From Squalus acanthias (lineage: Eukaryota), in contig CM059431.1 in NCBI GenBank assembly GCA_030390025.1, forward strand, positions 112,718,001-112,778,000: a stretch of 60,000 nt of DNA. Reading direction: 5' to 3'. This document shows positions 39,301-51,200 of this stretch, piece by piece. Under the pieces are notes generated by a model that saw only the letters and a program-made list of their open reading frames with translations, was not told the DNA's origin and did no database searches. Both the position numbers and the translations under genes were made by a program. Position 1 is the first letter of the stretch, and the number at the start of each line of letters is the position of its first letter.

Positions 39301-42300
39301 TTAGGGCAGCTGAGAGAGAGAAAAAAATCATCTAGGGACAGTGTCCTTGCCGCTTTGATCAGATGATCTTCCCCCACTCTGTCTTGTGTACAATACCCCG
39401 TTCTGAAACAAACTTAGTTCTTTGAATAGAGTAGCAAATACTGCAGGCACGGCAATACAAAAACTAAAATCGAACACCAAGATTCAGATTAATTTAATGC
39501 TGAGCAACCATCATGAGCCACAACGGATTACCTATTTGCCATTTAGTTGAAATTATGATACTTCAGAAATTCTATTTAGAGAAACAACCTTGGGTATCAC
39601 TTTGATCAAAAATCATGATGGATGAACTTTCGAAATGAGTGATTGGGAACTTTGCTTATTGAGTCCCACTGCTAAGGTGGACCTTACACCTGCTGAAAAC
39701 ACCCATCATGAAGCTCTGAATCGGAGCAAGGTGTTGAGCAGAAAGGTGTGGAAGTTTGACTTGATTACATCCACAATTTACTATGTCCAACCTTGTGAAG
39801 GAAGCAGAAACTACAGCGAGATGGGCTAGAGACTAGAAAGTGAAGTGCATAGTCCACTGAAGTTTATCATCTCAATGAGCAGCTAGTGCACTCGATCTTG
39901 CCTTTTTTGGATTATGGAAGTGTGTTAGTGATCAGGTTCAGTTACTGTAGTCTCATGAGTTGCCTTGATTCATTAACTATAAATATAGCTGCTGCCATCA
40001 GCCTTAGTATATACACATGATCTGAAAACCCAAGGTATAGTTTCACTATCGATTGTGCTAATGGTAGTGACAGTACAACCTGAAGGTCAGAGAAATGGCT
40101 TCTTAAGAACACAATGTCCTGCAGTAACTGGCATTCTTCTCAATTTACAATAAACCCTCAACTCAAATCTCAGAAATTGTTGGATGAATGCAGGTGCTAC
40201 ATTCTGGAAAGGATCTCTAATCAGCCATTCATCTGGAAAGAGATAGATGCATAGGTAGCCAAAGGTTGAAAAATGTTACTTCTACCAACAGACATTTGGC
40301 AAAAACACTTGTTGCGAAAGTCCAGGCAACAAGATTATCAGTAGTTTAACTGAAGTTACTTTGAGAGACTCTGACGCCAAAACAAAGTATGCATCTTTTG
40401 AGAATTGCCAGCTGTCAGGCAATCTCCTGAACAAATCACCGGAATTGTTTCCACTAGTGTCACCATCTTCAATTTTTATACATTTATATTAAACTACTTC
40501 CTATAGCTTGAAAAAGCAGCAGTTTCTGCATTTAACAGGTTAATAATCCCTGATCAAAAACACTCCGCTGAATTTTGGGAGTCAGTGAAATATAGTAGGG
40601 TTCTGTCCTCCCCTGCTGAAGTATCTAATGAGACAAACAGGCAGGCATATAATATAAAGCACCCACATATAATTAAGCTCACTACATTCACATAATTTTC
40701 TGGTGCTCTAGGGCACATGCCAGCAACTGTGAAGGGCTGCCAGCTGCCTGTTCTGCACTCAGATTTTCTGCTGCGGAAAGGAGGGGCGGCCGATATACAG
40801 ACCACTCAATTATGGGGCAGCTGCCAAATTTCCATGAAAGTCAGAACATAATTGGTTTCAGTTTGCAAGCAGGCTCCCAAACCCCTCTGCTCTACTGTGC
40901 ATGTGTTTGAGTGCATTGGGCACCTTATAGGGCTTAGGCCGTTGCACCCAATTATACAAGGAGCAAGAGATCCATGTGCACATCGCGTGCCTGGCATTGC
41001 ATGATCAAAACTAAAATCTCACTTGCTTAAAAAAAAATATGGACCTGTACTTCAGAAGCCATGACCTCAATTAACTGCTGGTGAGTGACGGAGTTGAAGT
41101 CATGTTCAGGGTAGGTTTTAAACTTAGCTTGTGTCCGATGAAGCCCTTTAGGGTGGCCTCCATTTAATTGTAGAGCCCTTTAAGAAAGGTAATTCCAGAG
41201 TTTAATTTGGATGCCCATCGAGAACTGAAATTCTTAGCCATGCACACGTGCACAGCAAGGAACATCAAGTGGAAGTCTTGGCCTCCAGATCAAAAGTCTT
41301 CCTGTGGACTGCTGCAACAATCTGGGTTGTATTCAGCTTAGCATACTGGCAACTGCCATAGCAGTTTATCCTAGAGTAGCACTGATCTGACAGAATCTTC
41401 TACATAAAGAAACCAGAGTCAGATACAAATATATTCTCACTTAGAAAGTGCCTTGAGAATGGCTTATTATGGCTTCTGGAGGAATTGATGCATTGATATA
41501 AATTGAGCATTTTCTACACTGGGTTTTATGCACCAACGACCAGATATTCTGTTACATGCCATGTAAGCAAGTGGCTCTAAAAACTCAATTTCTGGCTAGA
41601 TGGAATGCTGTATTTATTAATAGTGTCAAAAACACTTTTTCTTGGAGAAATTTGACAAAAAGTCGTTGCCAACAATCAGATAAAGGACTGAAGCCTGGTT
41701 CAGAATACAACAGAGTGAGAGAACATCACTGGGCAAAAAGGCAGAAAAGACACGTTATTTTTAAAGAAAAGGAATTTCTATGTGTGGTTTGCTTTTCTTC
41801 TCTTACTTTACTCCCCCTTGCAAAATACAAGGCCATGAATCATATTTGACGTGGCATTTGAATGAGGAAGATGACAATGTTAATTGGATCTCCACATTCA
41901 ACCAGTTTTGTGTTAAGCAAGGCTAATCCATACGTATATAAAAGACACAAGACCTCCACAGGATTAAAAAAAGAAAAAGACTTGCATTGGATATAGCGCC
42001 TTTCACGACCACCGGACGTCTCAAAGCGCTTTACAGTCAATGAAGTACTTTTGAAGTGGAGTCACTGTTGTAATGTGGGAAAGCACGGCAGCCAATTTGC
42101 ACACAGCAAGCTCCCACAAACAGCAATGTGATAATGACCAGATAATCTGTTTTTGTTATGTTGGTTGAGGGATAAATATTGGCCAGGACACCGGGGATAA
42201 CTCCCCTACTCTTCTTCGAAATAATGCCATGGGATCTTTTACGTCCACCTGAGAGAGTAGACGGGACCTCGGTTTAATGTCTCATCCGAAAGACGGCACC

Positions 42301-45300
42301 TCCGACAGTACAGCACTCCCTCAGCACTGCACTGGAGTGTCAGCCTAGCTTTATGTGCTCAAGTCCCTGGAGTGGGACTTGAACCCACAACCTTCTGACT
42401 CAGGCGAGTGTGCTACCCACTGAGCCACAGCTGATGCATAACAAAGAAGCTGCAAGATGAGCATTTTTATGGAGGTTGATTTAAAAAACTGATCTGACTG
42501 TTTTGAAATGCAGCTTCTGGCTGGCACAAAGAAAATGGATAATTTTGCTTCAAGCAGGTGCATAATAAAATTGACTAGACTACTGATAAGTTTTGATGAA
42601 AGATCATCGACCTGAAACGTTAAACTCTTTCTCGCTCCACAGATGATGTCTGACCTGCTGAGTGTTTCCAGCATTTTCTATTGTTATTTCAGATTTCCAG
42701 CATTCACAGCATTTTGCTTTTGTTACAGATTATGTTTACTAACTCTTAAGTACATTTCTCAGTTATTCATTTTACTGGTTGATACTTTAAGACATACATT
42801 ACTGGCTCAATACGAAACAATGGCACATTGTGAACCCACCCTCCAGGGACTCTGTCTGGTCGCCCACTGCTGACACAACTGGCTCCATAGCCTGTGCAGT
42901 CTCCACACACAGTGCAGACCATGCACTGGTCCAGCTTCCATTTGTGCATTCCAGGGGGGCACATTATGGATTTCTCATCCTTTTCATCCAGCTCCTCTTC
43001 CAAATCCTCATCCATTGCTGTTGCCATGTTTTCCACATTGAAACCTACTCAAAAAAACCAAACATGGTCACTTCATTCACAATATTTCTGCCTAAATTAG
43101 TCTCACCATTTATTTAACATCTAATTATTCCAATTAAAACTGGCCAAGAATAAGACTGTTCACGCCATTCAAGGGCAGCACGGTGGCATAGTGGTTAGCA
43201 CTGTTGCCTCACAGCGCCAGGGACCCAGGTTGGAATCCGGCCTCGGTTGACTGTCTGTGTGGAGTTTGCACATTCTCCCCGTGTCTGCGTGGGTTTCCTC
43301 CGGGTGCTCCGGTTTCCTCCCACAGTCCAAAGATGTGCGGGTTAGGTTGATTTGGCTATGATAAATTGACCCTTAGTGTTAGGGGGGATTAAATACGTGG
43401 GGTTACGGGGATAGGGTGGGATATGTGTCGGTGCAGGCTCGATGGGCCGAAATGGCCTCTATCTGCACTGTGGGGATTCTGTGAAATGATTGTACAGAAT
43501 GATTACGTTGAAGTGCCTTTGGATTTCTCCTATTTGTCAAGGTGTGAAATATCCAAGGATGTCATCTTATCCCCCAGCATCATCTTCTAGCGAGTCAGCC
43601 TTCAATAGGTCACTCACCTTGCGAAACTGCAATGCTGGGAGACAAGCGCAAGGCACTGCTCCTAAATGTCATAGCACTGGATATTTCAGGGTCTCAATCA
43701 CCATGCCAAGTATTAAAAGATGTGGAAATGTGCTCTAACCATTCCAGCACAACATCCAATGGGGGAAGAATATATTTTTTGTTGCTATTTTCATATTTGA
43801 CACAACATGGTAAGTGTAACAAGTCTGACTGAGCTCAAAGTACTAGTGCTCATCAAAAAAGTTCAGTGAAGCACTAATTGGTTGTCTCAGTCAGAATAGC
43901 CATATGGAGAGCTGGTATGGAAAACTGAAATGTTCTGACTCAAACAGAGATTTCCCCTTCATTTAACTTGCTGGATATTAAAGCTAATGCTGGCTGCAAA
44001 AATGTTCCAATCGTCAGCATTGACCTTTTCTCACCTTGTGGAAGAAACACCTATACCAGTACTTTAAGTTTTAAGTACTCTTGGTCAAAGATACATGCTT
44101 TTTTTTTTATATACAGTACCTGCTACCTTGGAGGAAATAACTTCAATTTAGAGGGACATTGTCTTGTACCACTGACCATTTTCACCTGCACTCAAAGTCG
44201 TTAAATGATAACATACAAGTAGCTTCATTCACTTCAGGCAAGCTTCAAACCAGTCTAGGTCCAATCTGAAGGCAACTAAGTTATGAAACAAATTCGTAAT
44301 GCCCGCATATGCAGCATCTATGCCTGAATTAACTTTTCCCATCTTTGGTACCTGTATCCAGGCCAATCCAAAGCACCATCGTTCATGAAAACCCAATAGC
44401 GCTGCCCTGGCACATATCAGTCACCCCATACTCTTAATTCATTGGTAAGACTACAGGTGCAAATGGAGACTAGAGTGGATCTCCATGGCAGGATGCTGAC
44501 AAAAATCAAAATTCTCTCCTACTTTAAAAATAATACAACACTTTTACAAAGGTCGCCACCCAAAACATTAACCTTTTCTCTTTTCAGATGCTGACAGAGC
44601 TTTGTATTTCTTGTATTTTCGGTTTATAAATCACTTACAATACAAAATACTTTTTACAAGGTAACAGACTTTACAAAGTTCCTGGCAAGAATCCGAGTTT
44701 GCTCAAAGGAAACAGATTATACATAATAGATTCTTTTACCAAAATGGAGTGCTCCCGACAACAAATATGCTTCTCACAAAGTGAAAGTCTGAGCTGCTCT
44801 TGAATGACACTGCTTACCTTTCCCCCCTTGACAGAGTGCACCAGTCTCCCTTCCACATTGTCCTTTATTGTTCACACCAAATGTCCAAACCTCTCCATTC
44901 TTTGTCAATACACAGGCATGAGCTTTACCCATGGCTACTTGTATCACAAAGTGGCCCTTCAACTCAGTCACAAGACCTATTTATAAAAAAAGTTTAAGAA
45001 CATGTGCTTAACCAAATGAAGGATCACTGAAGAAAAAGCTTTGGCAGAAAGACAAAATACAAACATTTATGTATTGACCATTTTAGATTACCAACCTGAG
45101 CTGTCACAGTAAACAGCATCTTTTCCAAACATGTACAGTTCTCCCTCCTTTGTTGTGATGGCGCTGCTTCCATTGTTACATGCTGTATAGATTGCGGTTT
45201 TACTTTCCATTTTAATCATTTTCTTTGGCTTATAAGGTTTTGGTTGGCGTCTGCTTTTAGCTACAAGGGAGTAGAAAATCTAAGTCAATAGTTATACATT

Positions 45301-48192
45301 TCAATTGTAGTACAGGTTGAGCGTCCCAAATCCGGAGTTCCAGAATGTTCCGGAATCCGGGACGATTGGTGGCAGGGGCCCAGAATCCGTAAAATGTTCC
45401 GGAATCCGGACACCTGAGGGAGGCTTACCAAAAACGCAACCTGGGCCCTGGCATTTCCGGACTCGGCACGTGTTTCTGATGTCCGAAGTCCGGAAATATC
45501 GCAACCTGGGCTCGGGCGTTTCTGTACTTCGGACATCAGAAACACGTTCCGAAGTCCGCAAAAACCCGAAAACCGGCTCGGCCTCAGTCCCGAGGTTGCC
45601 GGAGTCAGGACGCTCAACCTGTATACACATTAATGGTTATGTTTATTTGAAAAGAAAGACAATTCCAGAGATAATTAGCTCCTCTAGAGCCTGGATTATG
45701 CTTTGCACTCAGTTTATTTTTAAATCTTAAATGTCCAGGCTTTCTCTAGGGAGGACAGTTGCATAAAAATGATAAGACTATCAGGAGGAATGGCAGTACT
45801 TTTGTTTATGCAACGTACCCAGCTGGAAGCATGTTTTCCCCAGGGTTAGGTGGTTGTGCATCAGCTTGTAAGCTAGTTTCAAGTGGCAAACCCCAATGAA
45901 ATGAATGGGGCTGCTCCATGGTACAGGTATCTCCACCCCATCACTGACAGCATTGGAAGGTAAGCTCCTCCAAATGGGATGTGTTCAGAGTGGGAAATTT
46001 TAAACACTTAGTTTTAAAGTGGTACTTATATTTTGTTTCCTATCTCCATCCCCTCAGGATATCGGAGTAATTTGAACAGACTTTCCTTCAAGACAGTAAT
46101 TCAGATAAAGATCCAAAAAAAAGTCCTGGGACAGAGCAGCTAGACCAATGACTTAGGAACTATGATAAAGATTTTTCTATTTTTACTCATCTTAGACCAG
46201 TAAGATTTTGTGATACCTGTAATCACTTAAAATTGTGTATCCATTTATACACGAAATGTCAGGAGGTGGTTCTTTTCCCAGAGAATGGTGGACCTCTGGA
46301 ACAGGCTGCCATCTTGTGCGGTGGATGCTGATTCGCTGAATTCCTTCACCTGGACCGGTTTCTGGTTGGGGCAGAGATCACCTTATAGAAGGTAGGTACT
46401 GGAGGGAATTCAGGACCAAAGTGATCTTCTGGACTAGTCTGATCGCCTAGATGGGTCAGAGAGGAATTTCCCAGATCTCCCCCCCCCCCAAATTGGCCTG
46501 GTTTTTCACCTCTCACAGGAGATCACTTGGTTTCGGGTGTGGTGGAGTGTATATATTGTGATACACCAGGGATCGCAATTTTGTGGGACAGGCACGATGG
46601 ACCAAGGGGTCTTTACCTGTCCATCGTTGTTTTTATGTTCATATACCAGGATGTTGCGCATTTTTCTAAGCAGCAATTTTTTTTTCATTGTTCATAGCTC
46701 TGAATATGAAACATCAAAACCTTGCATTATTCCTTTTATTTTTTTTAATTGGCATGGAGAGTTAACTTTGAAGGATGAGTGCGCATTAAAAGGATCCTTT
46801 TGGAACTCTTCATAAAGTAGGGTCCCATCAAACTCATTTCTATCATTTCCAATAGTGCTAGTCATTTTCCTATTTGTTGTTGTCATACATGTCTGACTAC
46901 CACTACAATTTTATCTCCCTGCTTTTAGAAGTACTAGTGCCCTGAAATGGCTGTGTTTTATACACTCATGGCTATTTCATATCAGCAAATGACACACACA
47001 AACATTCTTGATTAAATATGCCCATTTCCAAGCTTGTACCTGATTCACCATCCTCTCCTTTACTAGCCAACCCCGTGAAGAAAACGCTTCCATCTTCGGC
47101 CACCATTAAGGCATGAGAACCATCATGGCCCACAGAGAACTGTACAATCTTTGGTGATTTTGTGATGGGCAGTTCAACCCATTTCCCTGCAGTAGGACCT
47201 CCTTGTTTGATTCCAAGGCTCTGATATTTGCCAGTATAATACATCTAGGGACAAAAATGAAAATGTACTTTTTAAAAAAGTAACTGCACAATTTTAATAT
47301 CCATATTCTATCACTTTTTAAGCAGAATAGCAACATCCATCATGCTTTATCTGCAACCCTGCAGATTTGAAGGAGAAGAAATTGCAGGGATATGGCTGAA
47401 GAAAAAAATTTGCAGGGATATAGGGAAAGAGCAGGGGAGTGGGACTAACTGGATTGCTCTTCGAAGAGCCGGTACAGTCTTGATGGGCCGAATGGCCTCC
47501 TTCTGTGCTGCATGATTCTATGACTAACCACTGTAAAACCATATAAAATCACTACTAAAAATGTAATTGGGATTGAAAATGCTCATTGTCACAAAAAATT
47601 CATGTTCCAAAATATATGTACTCCATATATTGGAATTAGCCGAGTCCAAGTATATTTTTGCAGGCTGTTTTTTGCCAGACAAAGAACAAATTTTCTTTTA
47701 CTGCAATGATCATCAGTTTTACAGCATTCTATGCTATGTTTACTAACAGCCATACAAGACCACATCACATTACTGAGTTCGTACTGGGTTAATTAGGACT
47801 TAACATCCCAGAAAGAATTAATTTCAACTTCAATTATGCCAATCCTAAGCCCGTGGCCAAATTATGCAGATCAAAAATTAGACATCTAACCACTCAAACT
47901 TTGACTTGGATTTTGCGGTCAGCGCCGAACGAATGGCGTTCGCCCTTCATTACACCTACCCACAGACATTCTGTGGGGTTTTGCACGACAACTTGCAGTA
48001 ATTAGAGTGTGAAATCAGCACTTGGCCCTATACAGGGGATCTGGGACCTGTGTGAAGAGGGCAAGCAACGGTGTGCTTCCTTAATCAATCACATTGAAGA
48101 ATCCTTACTGAGACACAGCAAAGGTAAGTTAGAATATTTATTCAATGCAAATCATGTACAAAAAGTGAAATAAGGAGGGAAAGAAACACGGG

Positions 48193-48231
<39 letters not shown>

Positions 48232-51200
48232 ACAAAATCTCCAACAATAATTAAAATCTGAAGGAATGAGACTCCACGTTTTTAAAAGTAATTTTTCAGT
48301 GCAAAGAGGCTGTTTGGCAGTAATCATGACTTATCACGCTGTTAAAAATTCACTTACACTTCAATGGACAAGCCCTATCATTTTTTGGTATATTTAGTGG
48401 ATATCTGTTGGATAAGTACCACAGTTTCACACCCTTCCATGTGTTTGAATGCCGAGTCTGTCAGTGAGACACCGGTGTAGCAAAGCTTCTGGAGGAGCAG
48501 GGTGACTCGAACAGCAACTTCCTGATTTCCACGTTCAACTGTGCATGTGCAGATGCCGGAAGTTGCTGTCCGATTTACTCTTTAATAACAGTCAGCGCTG
48601 GTAGCCTCACTGTTATTCTTCCTGCAAAATCCGGTCCATTGTGTCAGACAGCAGTAGAAAGTAGAAATTATAAGATCTGTTCCTTCAGAAAATGAGCATT
48701 GTACTAGGCCCGATGATTTAGGTTTTCAGCCCATACTGTTACACTATTGCAGTAATAAAGGACAGCTTTATTATAGTATTGACGCTACATAACTAAAACA
48801 ATTAGAAACACTAGTTCTGCACATTCCACCTGCGCCCGCTATCTCCCCCTTTTGCTTTAGTTTTAAATTTTTAATTCTTCCCCCCCCCACCCCAACTTAT
48901 ACTTTCTTTTCTAATCCTAAAAAATCTTTTCATTCGTCTTGTTTCTTTTTCCTTCTGGCTTCCAATGAGAGTTTTGGAGATGGATGCAACTTTTAAAAAA
49001 TGAGTTTTCATGAACTGAAAACACTTAATAGTCTTTTGTAAGTAAGTCAGTCACGTCGGCAGTTCACACAACTATTGCGAGACAAGCTTTAAAATGGTAT
49101 GGGGTCCCACTGTTTCTCCACACCCCCCTCCCCTCATTTCAATAGCCCCGCTTATTCATTTCGATGTAGAATCTGAATAAATGAGTTGCATCATGATTGT
49201 TTCAAACATTTCACAAACACAGCAGTTAATAAAAATTATAACGCAATTATTTTAAAAAAGACTGAGAAAAGGTACAATCTCTGAACAAAAATTCCAACAG
49301 ATGGGCATGACAATGGATTCTTTTGACTTCGCATTCTGGACCTACCATGTTTTTTTTCTTTACAATGGATTAATTACCAGACCAAAATGACTCAATCCAT
49401 AAAGTGGACCATAATTGACAAACACAAATCATTTTGAACTCATTACTTAATACAAGATACAAAAACATGGCCAATCACTCGCTTAAGCCTTTGCTATAAT
49501 ATTACATGCCATTATAAAAATGTTACTATTTGTAATAGTTGCATGGCAGATTTACCAAACCTGTACACAGTGGTGGAAGAAGTAAAGTTTGTGCCTTAAA
49601 TTAGCAATACAGAAGTCATCACAGGCACATACAGGCAAAGGAAAAGAAAAATCAACTTGCTACCCATGTACATTCTATGTTGGCTGGCTGTAGGGAAAGA
49701 TCATCAAAATGGAGTAGGCTTCTGTCCATCATAGACGAGTACATGATCAATGAACAAAAGCCTAAAAAATACTGTTGGCTACATTAGCAGATGAATGGTT
49801 AATGTGCTCATATGACTTCCTATGCCCACTATTTTAGCAGAGGCATTAATTCATTTAAAATAAATGGATTAACACCACGTCCAAATAGAGGACAAAAGAA
49901 CGTCATACTATTAACCAGTCATTAACTGACATCGCCAACAGTAACTTCTAGGCTTTATTTTTTTTTAATAAAATGAGTCAAGAAACATAACTATTTCTAC
50001 ACATACCTTTCCATTAGCAGTTTTCATTAGTGCAAACTCTCTGCCAGCTCCTACAACAGCTGACTCCTCATCAAATCCTGTACCTGATAAAAATGAACAC
50101 TTGTCAGGACTTCAGTATATTCATATAATGCAAAAAGATTTTTTACATAGACTTAATAAATGCTAGAAATTTATCGGGTATTGACTGCATAGCACCTAAG
50201 TTTTGTCAGCGTGAGGAGCTACCATGAAATTTGTAATGCTGTGTATAGAAAATGAGTCAACACCCATGTGCAAATAGCAAAGGATGTTTAAATACAGACA
50301 CATTAACCATTCAATAACATTGCCAATAGAAATTTCTATTGGCATTTTTTGAAAAATAAAGATAGACAAAACAGAGCTATTTCTATATATCCCTTTCTAT
50401 TAGCGGTTTATCTATTGGAAAATCATGTTTAAAAGTGCCAACCTTCATAATCAGTTACGCCTGTACGTGATGCTGTGATATGGCGTTTTCAACGTTAAAT
50501 GTCACGTAATGTTACCGGTGTAGCGACAGCTATGGCGTGAAGTGGCGGCTGACGAGGTCACATGGTCGGCAGCAGCGCAAAAGAGCAGGCGGCCGATGGG
50601 TCACATGGTCGGGCCAGCACGAATCATCTTGTGGCGCGAAGAAACAGACGGCATGGGTCACGTGGTCGGCGGTAACACGAAGCAGAAGAGAGGAGCTCAG
50701 GGAGCACAGGTCCAGGGAGCTCGTGAGAGATGCAAGAAGAGGGGAACGATAGAGAAGGGGTAGCTCGGGGGCAGGATGCAATGCAATAGAAACAAAGAGG
50801 GTAAAAGAGAAGCAGACTAAGAGGTGCAGGGTAAGAGAGAGAAAATGCAGAGTAAAAGAGGGGAGTAGAGCAACGCAACAACTGAAGATCTCCTCATTGT
50901 CACGGGCCTGAGAGTATTGTTATACATTATATGTAATTGTGTTCTGTAATAAACAAGTTGCCACATTTAATTGACTATCTAAACTTATGTAGGATAATTA
51001 TTAAAGTGTAAGATTAATAAAAAGGATTTCAGAACCAATGACGAATAGAGTTTAGTGATTAACAAACAGCAATTAATCAGGCCCCAGCTGAACCTTATGG
51101 GAGAGAGATTCTCTTTAGGCTAAAACAGTAGCTGATAGTACACTTGAGAATTAATGGTTAAAAACAAGCTGAGTCACCACACAGTTGCAAATTACAGCTT

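Noticed and set aside
43173..43250. tRNA genes here and at ~42360-42434 and 52724-52810
   Set aside because: These are tRNA-like heads continuing into SINE or LINE bodies, without a proper acceptor stem or terminator.
45285..45730. Three overlapping 109-137 aa ORFs
   Set aside because: By-products of a GC-rich MITE; no recognisable domain.
50510..50964. Solo LTR (TG...AATAAA...CA)
   Set aside because: No matching target-site duplication found; kept only as an unclassified block.
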